Positions 13,116 to 27,240 of a stretch of DNA of 64,000 nucleotides are shown in pieces (the stretch's first letter is position 1; the number at the start of each line of letters is the position of its first letter). Under the pieces are notes generated by a model that was not told the origin of the DNA, ran no database searches, and worked only from the letters and a program-made list of their open reading frames with translations. This DNA is from Antedon mediterranea (taxonomy: Eukaryota; Animalia; Echinodermata). Made by a program: the position numbers and the translations under genes. The stretch covers positions 1,674,001 to 1,738,000 of the forward strand of contig NC_092673.1 of NCBI RefSeq assembly GCF_964355755.1. The letters run 5' to 3'.

Positions 13116-15037
13116 AATTTCCCAGAATAATATTTTACAAAAGTACCGTCTCCCAAAATGAAAGAGCGTTAATCAACAACTCGACATAAAATAACGTTTA
13201 TACATCTTTATTATCATTTTATTGAATTAAACTTATTTACAAAATTGTATCGACGTCACTATTTGAAACACTAACACACGAAGGAGTAATTGATACTTGA
13301 ATAATTTGAATAATGGTTATAACATGATATTATAATAAAGAAATACTAAAATTAGATATAATTGCACATTTTATATTTTTAGAAAAAACAAATATTTCAG
13401 ACCATACAAAATACGGTAATATAATTAAACGATTATTGGGTGGGGATAGTTTATATAAAAAAATAATTAATGTATTTACACGTGATATATAATACTTATT
13501 TCAAATCAAATAAATTATTTGAATTGATGCTGCGCCGATTAAAACGGTTAAAACGCGCGCCAGTAGTAGTTCGTCTGACGCGCGAGTTTAAACGTTGATA
13601 AAATAGCATGATGGTCGACTTTACGCGCGCGTCTGTCCGCCGTGTTGTATATGGGAGTTGCAAATGTACGCTTTGGGTGTGGTACCTCTCTCCATCTGAA
13701 CAAAACAGTAATATAATAATAAAAAACTCATCATCCCAAGATAATAAAGATAAAGACGATTCATTTTGTGCGTGTGCGATATACCAAGGTCAAGCTGATG
13801 AGACCCTCGTGCGAGTGTTTTTAAACCGAACCTTGTCATTTAGCCCATAAAGGCCAATATACTAAACCTTTGATTTATATCTTCATTTTTATTTGATCCG
13901 TTGAATCTATTTCTTCTAATCACTGAATAAATCTATCATCAGAAAGATGTTTCTTTGTGAGATTTTCTCTCAAAGTGCACATAGTTTGCTCACAAAATAA
14001 ACATCAACAACGATAAATTTGTAACCTTAAATTAACCTTAAGAAAAAATAGTAGAAAGTACTATGCAACATATTCCCAATCATGTATTTCAAACGCTGTG
14101 TATTATAAAATCAATATACTACATGGAAAAAATATGGCCTATAATTACCGTAAAACAGGCCCATATTTAGTCTGTGAGGCATTGTACAACGTAAATTATT
14201 TCGTAAATAAATACAAAGAGAGAAGTAAGCCGTTGTTCACGTAAACGTATTTGGTGAATTATTGATTGTCTTCAGTGACTCGTTGGAGACGTGTAACTAT
14301 ACAGAGGTCTAACTCATCCTAAATATCCTTTGAATTATTGTTAAACGATGGGGCTTTAACTTCCTTCATGGTTAAACAAAACGTAAATTATGGCATTGAA
14401 CTACAGTACTTTGAGGCCTACTAGGGCTACATATCAAGTCAGTTAATGAAAAAATGGTATATTCAAAAGGAGCCAATCTCCTACCATTGTTCCATTACAT
14501 TATGGAGGATCGAACCATATATATATATATATTTTATTCGAGGGTTTTGAGCCTTCTGGATTCGCCCATAGATAGGCATTTGACACCATTACATTATTTA
14601 CAGATAATATGATAATTATTCTACAGATTTCAGCTAGTATAATATATATTACATGTACATTAAAATGCTGGAATTTTTTTATTTTATAGGAATGCCTTAT
14701 TTGGAATTAATTGTGAGGAATGCTGAACAAGTAAACCATAGACTTACAACGTCTGTATTTTAGAATAGTTTTTTAAAAGTTTACTATTTAGCACCTGCTC
14801 AATTATTACGTAACGTATGAAGTAATTAAACCGGAAGAAATGCCATCCATTCAAAGCGTAACACTATACCAACGAAGGAATAAGCCCGTCTTTATACTTC
14901 TTGAGTAAGTAAAAAAGCACTGTTTGAAATCACTTAGGCTTAGGCCCTAATGAATAGTTTATAAAAAACATTATTGTCACTTCTGTCATATTCAAAGTTC
15001 ACTATATATTATGATGTATAATAAGCCTAGTACATTT

Positions 15038-15272
15038 TCACGTTGAAGGGGATGATGGTGGCGAACAGGACATTTCTTCAGCTGATGTCTTCATGGGTTC
15101 ACTACTCCACGGTTGGATACTTTGTAACGCGTTTAAGGAACTGTTGTGAACGCAAACTGCGTCACCTGTAGAGGGCTCCTGTAACTGTTTAATCATCGCT
15201 TCATGTTGGAGATTAAAGACAAAACGTGCTGCTGCTTGTCGTTCAGCTTCCCGTTCCTCTGCCGTCTGACGT
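15038..15272 (-). CDS. TLX: Tlx/Hox11 homeobox gene, exon 3 (last coding exon)
   Basis: Acceptor tttttag at 15274-15273, phase 2. Reads (R)RQTAEEREAERQAAARFVFNLQHEA...AVCVHNSSLNALQSIQPWSS...SPST, TGA at 15040-15038. RQTAEEREAERQ and CxHNSSLxALQxxQPW are Tlx-family signatures. Confidence 0.96.
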
Positions 15273-15374
15273 CTAAAAATGAAAAAAAAAGGAATATTAT
15301 TGGTAAGAAAATAAACGAATTAGCAATATTGAATAAAAAAAATGCAAAATTAACTATACTGTACATCATAAAAC

Positions 15375-15513
15375 ACATCCTTTGGGACACTCCGATTGCG
15401 TGTGTGAGAACGAGAGAAAATGTAGGTGGAGACGCTAGATCTCGTTATTCAAGGGATAACTCTGTTAAGGGGACATTTTTTGGTTTATGTCCCACATATA
15501 GAGGTTCTACTGT
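15375..15513. mobile_element. Fragment of a Tc1/mariner (pogo/Tigger-like) MITE
   Basis: Ends in agaggttctactgt (reverse complement cagtagaacctct) with gggaca/tgtccc internal motifs. A similar fragment lies near 28875-28950. The second terminus is not clear. Confidence 0.4.
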
Positions 15514-16549
15514 TGGCCTAACTACTTGCCATAATTCATTTCAAAATCAAAATCATTTTAAAAGCAAACAATTATCTAACGTAGTATAAAGCTGGGAGAA
15601 TTGAAAGATACGCGAGGGACATTTTTGTTTAACTTGTATTGTATTGTTCCAAATGTTAAATTGATATTGTATCTTGAACTCTGTGGTGATTCCTTGTCGT
15701 CTTATTAGCCAAAGGGTATACCATCATCCGATAGATTACCTATTCAATCAACACTACAATACAAAATCAAACGATACGATTTCTAAAAATTGTTTGAAAT
15801 TAAAATAATGAGCGAAAATACAAGTCACTATTAAGAATAGAGGGTAATAAGAACAAGACAAATATCGGTACACACACATCTGCGACAGATGCGCGCGTTT
15901 CCTGAATAGAGGACAGACTATCAATCTCACAAACCATCCTTCAGAATGGCGCCAAAAGTGAGCTTCAGATAAGTCAAAAGTCAAAGAATTACGTTCCTTC
16001 GGGCAAAACTTTTTTTGACAAATTCAACTTCCGAAACATTTACAAATCAGGTGTTATGTACCTCACGCCCGTTCTTAACCCCATTGCTTTCATCAAAAGC
16101 TGCATTCAATTAACATATTAACATTGATTTCTAGGCCTGTTGAATACTGGCGCCTTATACATCAATTTGTTGAGCACAAAGGGCTTTGTGATTGACTCAG
16201 AACGGTTGAAGATACCCGTGTTAGGCTCTGTAAATCAATACGACTTGGGGCTACATTTCTTTTGGATTGATATAAAAAATTAAAACAGATAAGCCTTAAG
16301 AGAAACAGCGAATCATACTTTTATCAAATAGATTCATACTATCTGATGGGAATTCGACCACTGTGTTTAAACAGATTGATACACCTGCCCGGTATTTCAG
16401 TAAACGACTAAATGTTACATGCTTAAAATGTTCAATCGTAAGTTATTTTTAACAAAAACAAAGGTTTTGCTGAATCTGTTTCCCTGCAACAAACTAAATT
16501 TATAGTTTTTCTACTTCTTGTCACCAAAACATTTACAAATGAATACAGA

Positions 16550-16773
16550 TGAATAGACCATTTTGTAAAAAGTTATTTCACTTATTATAAAAGGAGAAAA
16601 TTAACGGTAATATTTAACAATCTTGTCTGACAGATTGGGCTAACTTTCTAACTGACTATTTTTTCCTTAGATAATATATTTGTTCTGGTAAATATTATTT
16701 TGTGTGAATAACTAATACGTGACATTAAAATGGCATATTCAAAAACATATTTTTTCTTGGAGACATTCCTTTA
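16550..16773. mobile_element. Degenerate inverted copy of the TTAA-flanked element at 19949-20201
   Basis: gtgaataactaatacgtgacattaaaatggcatatt is nearly the reverse complement of gatatgccattttaatgtcacgtaatagttattcac in the 19949 copy. Ends at ttaa. Confidence 0.6.
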
Positions 16774-16874
16774 AAATAAGTTTAGAAACACTGGCCTACT
16801 GTATACCTGTTTGTACGCAATTGTTTGTTCATTTTTGACTATCGGCGAATTTACACGTAACTTAAATTTAATTA

Positions 16875-17160
16875 ATTTTAATAACAACACATCAGTGTGA
16901 ACACAGTAATTGCTCACACATTTGTAGACGATTACTTCACATAATTTAATTACAACATATCAGTGTAAACGCAATCTTGTTCGCATATTTGTAGACGATT
17001 ACTTCTAAAGTACAATTTAATTACAACACATCAGTGTAAACGCAATCTTGTTCGCATATTTGTAGACGATTACTTCTAAAGTACAATTTAATTACAACTT
17101 ATCAGTGTAAACGCAATCTTGTTCACATATTTGTAGATGATTAGTGTAAACGCAAGGTTT
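16875..17160. repeat. Tandem repeat, about 71-bp unit, about 4 imperfect copies (Tlx intron 2)
   Basis: tacaac..atcagtgtaaacgcaatcttgttcgcatatttgtagacgattacttc recurs at 16951, 17022 and 17093, with a diverged copy near 16882. Confidence 0.85.
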
Positions 17161-19577
17161 GTTCTTGTAATTGTACACGTAGCTAATAACATCTTTGATG
17201 ATATATATTAATAACTCGTGTACATTATACTACATTCTACGGCATGATTGCTATTTGATTAAGACATCTACGTTAATTTACTATTTATGTGTAAAAGAAG
17301 CAACTCGTCAGAGACTGCTAATTCATCGCTATACATTGGGGATGCATTTGCTTGAAAATCTCTGCTCTATTAGAATCTCATTATAAGTAAAATTCCCATG
17401 TGTACCGTATTCATCTTAGTTGAGAATTGGATTGTCGTGAGGCGTTTCAGTGCTGGGATGCGCACCACCGGTTACCATATCTCTATCAAGAAAGGATCAT
17501 GTTAAGTTGACGCTATAATGATTAAGAAAAAAATATATAGAAAACACCACTTCCAATTTTGTAAGGATCACTTTAAATTGACGTGATAAATTCTAAATTT
17601 TAACCGGTAATACGTTTAGATTTGTTGTAAATCAGTTTTGGAATATTTCAGATAAGAATTTGTTTAAGATTGTGATAATGGTTGTCTTGAGTGCGCGCAT
17701 AAAAACGGCGACGTAGTGTTGACGCGTTTAATGACGTGTATTCTTAAACAAAACCACGTGCGTGTCAATAATTGTATCATTAAGTTGCTTAATAATGTCA
17801 TCAGTCATGATTAAGCAACTTACAACGGTGTAATACATCATTATTATTTCTTAACTGATTTAACTTTTAAAAACAACACAATCTATAAATAGACCGTTAA
17901 TCTATAATTATAGATAATCGCCAAAGGCTTATTTCTCAAGTTTTTAAAAATTAATCAAGGCGTGTTGTTATATAATGACAGATATTATTTAATGACATAT
18001 GATTTATATAGAAATTAAACCCTTTCAATGAAGGTAATGTGAATACGAATTACCATAGTTTAGATATTCGGAAATATTCAATTGGACATATACAATATTA
18101 TTTAAAGTTCCATTTCTTCAAATTAAAAAGATGATTATTAAATTAATCAACACGATTGATAATTATTGACGTACCGGTATCAGTAATACTTCAAAGAGAT
18201 GAACTTTACGCGCGCGTACACCGTAACATTTTTATCAGCTTTCAAACGCGCATTTAACGCGAGTAAAACGATGTAACTTTAGATGTCATCTTCGTTATAA
18301 CAATGTATTTCAATCATATTTTTAATTGTAGGCCTAAGCCTATAGCTATATATAAATTCATGTTTCCAATGTTTTTATTTCGAAAAAAACTGATCGTATA
18401 AATCTAACGTCAACTCAATAATAAGTCTATAGTGATTAAGTCAACTTAGCGACAAGATCAATTGTATTTAAAGTGTTTAAATCACGTCCACATTCCACCT
18501 GCTATTCTCTATCAACTGTAAAGTTTATAATTACCTTTGTTTTCTTTATTAGTTGATGATGTGTAATTTATTCAGTTTAAGATGTAATTATAGACAGCAA
18601 TTAGATTAACAACGAGGTAAGGCATCTATCACATGAACGTTTCAAAGCACAAGTCTACTGAAACTTGATCAAAAGCAATTAAACTTATAAAATTAACGCT
18701 GGGAAAAAAGCGACAAATCGAGAAAAAAAAATCAGAGACGTCGATAACACAACATTTAAAACGAGTTGGATTTCACTATCTTCATAGAAAACATATTATA
18801 AATATAGACACAGTTAAAGTGATATTTTGTACCTATTTATTTAAGTTTCTATTTTTACGGACTTAGATAAAAAAAAAACTGTAGGCCTATCGAATAATAA
18901 AAAAAGGGATTATTTTATGCAAATTAAATTTATATACATTTCTATTTTTACGGACTTTAGATTTTTTTAAATACTAAACTGTATCGAATAAAAAAATTTG
19001 ACTATTTTATGTTAATTAAATATATAGGCCTAATTGTGCATATATATATAATTATATATATAATATATTACAGTAAAGTAGTATTTAATAATTACGCTTG
19101 GTATATCGCGAGAAATGTTGTTGCACAATGCATGGTGGGAAGGAATTGTAAGCAAGTAAAAACAAATCCTGTAAAACGCAACGCGCGTACCTTCATCCCA
19201 TCATGCTTTGCGACGCTATTTGCGATAAACCCACTTTGAAAATGTTAACTTATAATTTAGTTCAAACATCGCTTATTAGGAGGTTGTTTGAGTTATGGTG
19301 TTATATCTGTATTGTACACCACGTGGATTCGATGTTTTTGACAATTATGGTTGTCATATTCCCAGTTCGTTAATTTTTCTTTTCACTTTATTTTACTTTT
19401 TTTGTTACTTTAAAAATCGTAAAAATGCATTTACCAAAATGGTGAATATTTTCTGAAGTTTTTAATTATTGTATAAAATATAGGCCTACGTTTCAATCGT
19501 GTGTATTTTATTTTTATATTTAAAGTATTATATTATGGAATACTTTGAGGAAAATGTTAGAATTTTAAGTTATACTA

Positions 19578-19693
19578 ACTAGAGGGACTAATATGCGTGG
19601 AAAGGAACTGGCTACCCCTGGCCAAGGCTTAGTACAATGAGCTCCTAACATCTCATTCCCCTACGTTCAAAATAAACACGGGACTCACCTTAC
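19578..19693 (+). mobile_element. 3' half of a tRNA-derived SINE (same family as 58240-62007)
   Basis: gcgtggaaaggaactggctaccc...aggcttagtacaatgagctcctaacatctcattcccctacgttc...gactcaccttac aligns with the reverse complement of the sequences flanking the large transposon. Confidence 0.85.
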
Positions 19694-19948
19694 AATATAC
19701 TAATGTCAACATGCACATTTTTTTTTAATTAATTAGATATTTAAGCTATATTATGTTTACAGTTTTAAAATGTCAAATTCACTTATAAGCCCTCGATACT
19801 CTGGTTTTCAATTAACACAGCTCATTCGTGAGATGACGCTTGAATACAACGATTAGGCCGCCCTGATGATGTATGCTGTACATTAGAGGTTAGTGCGGTT
19901 GTATTCAAGATTACACTTGAGTTCATTTCGTCTAAATTCAAATATTAA

Positions 19949-20201
19949 AGATATATTGGCATCCGTAAATTTTTTTGTTGGATATGCCATTTTAATGTCA
20001 CGTAATAGTTATTCACATTAACTAAAAACTGGATCGGAACATTTTTTATTTCATTTCAAGCCAAAAATATATAAATGTTCTGTCAGACAATGGTTTTTTG
20101 TTAAAATTAACAGTTTCTTTTGTCTTTTTATAAGTTTATAAGTTATTTATTAAAACTGCAAAATGGCCTAATTTTTCCTGTTCTGGGGGGACAATACATC
20201 T
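19949..20201. mobile_element. Non-autonomous DNA transposon with TTAA target duplication (Kolobok-like)
   Basis: ttaa|agatatattg ... caatacatct|ttaa. AG...CT termini with TTAA flanks fit Kolobok better than piggyBac (CC ends). Related copies at about 16550 and 56800. Confidence 0.7.
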
Positions 20202-20781
20202 TTAATCATTTTATACCCTTTTTTTTAAATCACAAAAATAATTAACTTATTTCAATAGAGTGACATAAGTTAATACATGCTAAGAGAGGGTTAAACTTTT
20301 GGTATTTTGGGGTTTATCAACTAATACCACCAACATTTGTAGTTTGTTTACCACGACTTGTTATATTATTTAACTATGTAATTTAACGCATTAATATAAT
20401 GTAATAAATGTTTCATGTTAGATGCAAGTTTTCTTCGAACCGATATAGAGGTAAACTCCGTAAATTCAGACCTGGTTTTTTAAAATATATATATTTCAAG
20501 CTGGACAAAAATTATTATATTTATCTAGCTTTGAAATATTTTATTAAATAAAAGAGACAACATGGGTTGATAATTTGGCTCCATCCTGATTAATGTTTCA
20601 TTAATACAGTCAAGGGGGAAATGGCAAAAGGCTTCATACTTTCTGGAGTTTTATCAGATAATCTATATTGTTTTCACAACTCTGTAACATGACCATAGTG
20701 CTGATTTTGCAATTTCCCCAACTAACTTTTCTTAAACAAATAGTTAAACACAAAACCGATTGTAAAATATCATTAGCCTAC

Positions 20782-20998
20782 CTCCATTTAGTTCTTCTAT
20801 TTTGGAACCATGTTTTTACTTGGGCATCTGTCATTTTCAAAGCCTTTGCTAGCGATGCTCTCTCCGCCGATGCAAGGTACTTCTGCCGGTGAAAGCGCTT
20901 CTCTAACTCACAGATCTGAAGCCTAGAGAATGAAGTTCGTGGCTTTTTTCTTTTCGGTGGTGTTCTGTTTTGATACGGATGGCCTATCCGACGAGTTA
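20782..20998 (-). CDS. TLX: Tlx/Hox11 homeobox gene, exon 2 (homeodomain)
   Basis: Acceptor ccacag at 21000-20999, donor gtaggc at 20781. Reads (V)[71 protein letters not shown](R), a Tlx homeodomain with the diagnostic Thr47. Phases (1 in, 2 out) match exons 1 and 3. Absent from the ORF track. Confidence 0.98.
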
Positions 20999-22109
20999 CT
21001 GTGGTTTTAAGAAAATATATTGCTTAACGGTAGAGAATTAAATTGTTTTTCAAATTTATTTTAAAACAAATGTATATTTTTCTCGTGAAAAAACAGCAAA
21101 AACAATCGATTACGTTATAGAATCTAAAATGTAGGCCCACATTCGGAAGCCAATACATTTTAAAATGTAAGCTTGAACACTGTATTTGGCCTATATGTGT
21201 ATTTATAAGGTATAAATATAACTTAAGTATGGTCTACATGGTCCTTGATTTTTATTTCTTTTATTGATTCATCGTATAATATTAATTCGTTACATATATA
21301 CATCTATTCAAATACAATACGGGTCCTTGATAATATTAAGACAACAAATTATGATTTTCATACGACAATCTTGCTATCCGTTTTGGTATGATTGACGTAA
21401 GTATTCCATTTAAATCAGGACGCAATAATATCGAAAAATGAATTTATTCATACGTCTTTAAATTTGAATAACTAAGAAACCAAGTCTCCATGTATATACT
21501 ATCAACAGTTTAAAGCACCATTAAGGTCTGATACATCATCGTTAAATCTACCAGGTCAATCGAAGTATCTCATTTTCAAATACAACACTTGGATAATAAT
21601 GCTATTAAGAAGATAAAGTATAGAAAATTAGCTATTTATATTCATAGTCAATATACATAGTTGGAAATTCACAAGTTTAGCACTTTTAACTACGACTAAA
21701 GATCTCATTTAAGAGTCACATTAACAGCATTATTTAACAGGCTATTTATGTCGAACTGAATCCAATAAGGCAAGAAGTAGATATTAACATGGTAAACGTT
21801 TTGCTGAAAAAGGTTTACATTTAGCTCGTGACCTATGGAGGAATAAACCCCACATAAAGTGTATTATAATTATATACACCATGTATCTATTTTATTTATT
21901 TCTTTTGAGGCGTGGAACCACCAGTTTTATTCAATCATCAACAACACTTTAAAATTGGTTAATGAATATTTTTTTATCTCGCTGTTATACTTTTTTTTCG
22001 TTATTTTCTTATATTTTCTTCATTCCTTAATATATAATTAAACTATTTTAATCAGTTATATTTGTATATTTATTTTACTTCTTAATTTTTGTTACAATGT
22101 TGTTGCTAT

Positions 22110-22216
22110 CTTATTATCATCATTATTATTATCATCATTATTATTATCATCATTATTATTATCATCATTATTGTTATCATCATTATTATTATCATCATTT
22201 TTATTATCATTATTAA
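22110..22216. repeat. (ATT/ATC)n microsatellite (Tlx intron 1)
   Basis: attattattatcatc repeated about 6 times. Explains the poly-Ile ORF. Confidence 0.92.
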
Positions 22217-25200
22217 TAACTATGTTATGTTGTTATTATTTGTCTTCGAAAATCGTATATTCTACGTTTTTCATATTCCATTTCCAATCTCTATTCTTTA
22301 TCGCTATCATTCTCTATACAGATTACTGGTGTAAGGACACATTGCAAGATGCAATTTTAGGAAGTTGTGTTAATAAGTATAATATTGAATGTCCAAATAC
22401 AAAACCTATATTTACCAGCCATTACATGTTGTACGATTAATCAATTAACATAGGCTATTATTACAATATGAATATCTATGCTACTAAAGTGAATACAATT
22501 AAAATTGATTTAATATTTTGATTTAACATTTTATAATGAAATTATAATTCGTTTCGATGTACACGTCTTTTTATATTACAATACAAGGTTTATTTTGCTT
22601 ATGGGAAGTTAGAACGAAATCTGTTTCACCACATATCTGTTTTTTTTTTGTGGTTTAGTTTTCCACCTTGATTTAACATTCTAAAATGGAACCTATGTTA
22701 TGGTTGCATCTAATGCGGGAAGTTATAATAGTTATACAGACCGCCTAACCCAAAGACGCCACCCTCAATAACCCTTAATCCTAAATAATGGTGCCTCGAT
22801 ACAAAATTACTATTACTCTTAGAGAAAATTAATTTGAAACACTACCAAAACAAACTTATAATAATCGTTTTTATTAATTATCTAAATCAATCAAACCAGA
22901 GATATACCAAACTGCTTTTGTTCAAGTGCTTCATCTTTATATAGTACGGCACATGTACGGTAGTGATGTGAAAGTTGATAACATCGAAGTGCATAACAGC
23001 CATTAAGATGCAGCTTGGCACCAAGAGGCCACTTAAGCAGTAAACATATGGGTTGCAAAATAAATTAAGGAAATCAAAGACACAATTTATGTCAGGAAAA
23101 TCATAAACCTAAAACATTATTATCTTTGAATTATAACATCAGACAGTTTGTCCTAATTTGTAAACAATTTAAATTTACCAGGCACCAGGTGACAAGCTAA
23201 TTTGCATAATGTAATTTTAGGCAGGCAGTTAAGGTTATATCTGTTAATAACCTCTGTGTATATTCGTATATATTATGTTTCTTTCATGCATTCATTTTAG
23301 TTGGTCAAAATCATTTTCAACATGTATACATCAACAAGAAAAATACACATAAAATGGAGTTAAAATGGTATAAAACTGCAATAACATAAAAAGCAGAAAA
23401 GCGTGAGTTAAAATATTGAAAAAATACAGTCATAAAGATTATGGTAACAAATGTTTAAAAGGAGATGCAAATGCATTAAAAATATTGTTTTCAGAATAGT
23501 TTTCATTTTTAATTTATAAAAAACCCAATACGAATTTACCAATGCCCTTTGAATACATTACAAAAAATATATTTCTAAAATAACAAAATTATTCAAATTA
23601 ATTAATAATTAGTTTACTAGAATAGTGTAGTACAGAATAGTTCTATTAATATATCAATTTGCACACAAATATGAAAAGCATAAGCTAATACGAATCTATG
23701 TTTGCAATTATCAATGTTTGCAAAAAAAGGTATTTTTAAAATTAAAAAATGATTCAAATTAATTATTTTTTTATAGTATACTACTTGTTATCAGTAGTTT
23801 TATTAATTTGCAAATAAAACAAACATAAATATCAGGCTTATGATTGTCCACTGTTTGACATTAGGAAATATTTATTTACCATATACACAATTTTTAAACA
23901 TTCATTTTATGTAACACAATTATTTAAATAGATTAATTAACTTCTATTGTAAGTGTAGCATAGAAAAATATAAGAACATTGTTGAAAAAAGAGGTAATAT
24001 GGAATACAAAGTGGATTTACAAGATTTAAAATGTTACTGATAAGTTGATCAAATTAACAAAAATTTTATAATGAAAATAATATGATTTTATGGTGAAAAT
24101 GATATTAATGTAAATAAAAGTGGTGTTTACGCGACAAAAGAGAACAAAAAAAACTTCTAATTAGTTTGTTTGTTTGTGCCTGATGCATTTTTCAATGGTT
24201 CGTCCTGGTAGAATAGACTCAATTCATTATCTGTATTATTTCACAGACGTTCAAATGCATATCTTTGCATTAACGTTACAAAGGCAATCGTTTCGTTACC
24301 ACCACTTATCCAAACGATGTATTGCATCGTGTTTATGACTTCCTAATCTCATTTGACAAAATATGAAAGTAATGACAATTATTCTCATCGTAGTTTAGAC
24401 ATGTAAAGAAATGCTGTTATTAGGAATGTCCGAAACACAGAATAATAGACCGAAACTTGATGCAGTTTCTGGCCTAACATCAACCTCATTGCATACTTTA
24501 ACGTGTTAGGCCCTCCATACGGTATAGCGAATTGGGAAGTTAGCGCAGTAATAATAATACTATGAACCAACATACAATTATGCACTGTAATTTTGTAATT
24601 ATTTATTTTGTTACAAAATTATGGTTACATAAATTTGTAATTAATTTTGTTTTAAATGTTTTCCTAATGTTTTATGTAAAGAAATTATTTTAAATTTGTA
24701 AATGAATCTAGAAATTAGACTTATACTTATGTCAATACTTATTATACATCGTACATGGTAGCAACAACGTATACCGTAGACATGTATACAGGAAAATTAT
24801 AATGTACTTAATTTATTTAATTCTTTTCTAAATATCATTTAAAACATTTAATTATCAAAACAATTTATAGTGTACATCTGAGATCTATTTTTACTGATGA
24901 CTATGCATGTGTCTATAGGCGTATTAATACATAATTGTATATGATACATCATCTTAATTAATAATTAAGAGGAGAAAATTAATTAAATAATGTGGTTTAA
25001 TTTGTTATTATAATAAACAATAAGGTCAAACATACCTAAACGTACATACATTACATTAGCATTGTATAAACTATTATTAACTATGTATATTTACGACCTA
25101 TGGTACTAAGGTACTATTTATCTGTTAACATTTATTCGTAGCAATGTTTGTTCAAATAATAATAATTGAAACAATGTTTGTATAGGCCTACAATAATCAT

Positions 25201-25325
25201 AGGAATTACAAATTGCTTCAATATAATGTTTCTAACCAAGTAAAATGCATGGTTATAAATAGAGATATTTTTGTTTGTTAAATAATGTATATTGCACACT
25301 TTTAATGATTAAAATATTAACGAAC

Positions 25326-25680
25326 CTGTTAGTCTTTCTTTTGCTAGACGTCTACTTTCCATCCACGGGAAGACTGCAGGGAACGGGATCTGGAGGCTGG
25401 GAATGGGACGATGTGCAGGAACACGAATGACAGCGGCGGCACAGTTCAAAGCATTGGCACTAGATGAAGGTGGTGATAGGCCTAGACTGATCTGAGGTAC
25501 ATGGATAAACGAAAAGGTTGGTCTATTCAATCTGTTAACCATTTCTTCTTCTTCTTCTTTATATGCATCTGGTTTACTTAAAATACTTTTAATGCTGAAT
25601 GGTAGTTTATCTGCAGTTTTTATTTCCCCAGTTTGTGGGATATCGTCCGTTTCGTCGCTAGATTCGAACCGATCATCCAT
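25326..25680 (-). CDS. TLX: Tlx/Hox11 homeobox gene, exon 1
   Basis: ATG at 25680. Contains the eh1 motif LPFSIKSIL, the Tlx motif VIRVPAHRP, and the PBX-binding motif FPWM followed by ESRRLAKERLT. Phase-1 donor G|gttcgt at 25325. Spliced CDS 355+217+235 = 807 nt = 268 aa + stop. Confidence 0.96.
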
Positions 25681-25824
25681 TTTCGTTCGACAAATTCCTT
25701 CCTTGTGTTTAAAAAAAGTTATTTTTTGATTGTCGTCTCTCCGTACATCAATCGATTTCAACGTCATCAACTTAAACACTTGTAATATGTGCAAACTATT
25801 AACTATTTCTCGTCAACATCGTAT

Positions 25825-25910
25825 TCATAGGGTATTTATGTCAATACTTCTGATTGGTTGGTTTTGACTTTTGACACAGAAACATCGTCGGATCATTCAA
25901 CCAATCACAA
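25825..25910 (-). promoter_or_regulatory. Putative Tlx core promoter (TATA-like box plus two CCAAT boxes)
   Basis: CATAAATA on minus at 25840-25833. AACCAATCA on minus at about 25851-25859 and on plus at about 25899-25907, 150-230 bp upstream of the ATG. Confidence 0.5.
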
Positions 25911-27110
25911 CGCTTACAAATCAATAGTAACGCTCATTAATCAGCACTATGTATGATATGACAACTTTCAATTTCTCAAAAAAAAAAAAATTAAAATCAC
26001 AGATTAATAATCCGCCTCAAATGAAAATTGCGGAATACGTGATCCTTACGAGACCTTGTCCCGGTTGCATACTCCCAATCTTATTGTGCGTAGGCCTAAG
26101 CTGTTACTGGTTTTACGCGCGGTTTCGGGCCGCGTTCAATTTTCATATACTTTAGGCCTAAATGCTAAATGATAGTCTGCTTAACATGAGTAGAATGGTG
26201 AATATCTATCATCATTGAAATAAACAATTTTAAATGCTATCACGACGGTCAAGTTGATGCCCGTATGTAAACAATGTTTATGAAATGTCTGTCGGCGTTT
26301 AATTTAAGCGCCTACACTTGCATAGACACACGATGGAGCCTACATATTTAACTCGCGTTGTTTCAAATTGTTTATATTATTTTGAAATGGTAGAGCAAAT
26401 TGTTTGCATAGAACATGTTTCTAATCACCTACTGTGTATATTACACCAAAGAATTATCACTTCACTTGACAACTCGATAGAAAATGGGAGTTATTTCGCC
26501 TGTCATTGCGTACAACTAAACACACACAAAAAAAAACCCAGTCAATTTTGTCACACCAAACTTGTTCACCCAAGGTTCTTTCGTTTATAAATACGCGCGA
26601 AATAAAATACATAGGCATATGATGATAATATAAGGAAATTCCACACCATGCGTTTGGTATTAATTTTCTGTTTAGCGTGATAAATGGACCAATTTCATAT
26701 TTTATTAATTAGGAAGATGCTCGGCGATCCGAATCAGATTTATGAGAAGGCGTGAAGATCCTAGGCGTGAGACGAGTCGTGTTAGGATCGGTCATATTAA
26801 GGGTTCACTTAATTCATATTATATCTTCATTATTCATACGCCTATAACTGACTTGTGTATAGGTTTACATACGAAGGATGATTTAGAAATAAATTATTTA
26901 CAGATCACCGATAATGTAAGCGAATGTGACTTTGATTGCTAAAGTAAAATGATATTTCATTTTAAATAACATTTTTTTAAATCACAGCATTTAGTCAATC
27001 TGAACAATGTGTTCTAGAAAATTGAGTCTATAGGCTTTAAGTATTATTATTATTATTTTAATAGGTCAAACAGAAAACATTCTTCCAAATAATGATTCAA
27101 TCTTTTGTTC

Positions 27111-27240
27111 AGCTCTGTCTACACTATCAAACTAGTTTGACAATAAAGTGCGATGCGCTTAAATATGGTGGTGAATTATGTTCAAATATGGTAGTGATAT
27201 GACATCATCGTTTCCATATGGGCACATCACATAAAGTTTC
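27111..27240. mobile_element. MITE family A, partial copy
   Basis: agctctgtctacactatcaaactagtttgaca...aaatatggtagtgatatgacatcatc...tatgggcacatcacataaagttt. Confidence 0.8.

Noticed and set aside
12731-13189. His/Arg/Cys-rich 149-aa ORF and overlapping Ile/Val- and Met/Thr-rich ORFs
   Set aside because: All are frames of an (ATC/GTC)n microsatellite that lacks stop codons.
13786-13836. Hammerhead ribozyme (CTGATGAG followed by a hairpin)
   Set aside because: No correctly placed GAAA core after stem II, and no stem I/III pairing.
25309-25794. ORF-track boundaries for Tlx exon 1 (likewise 52479-53096 and 50490-50852 for Nkx3-2)
   Set aside because: The track uses non-ATG starts and reads into introns. 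Splice-site phases give the corrected exon limits.
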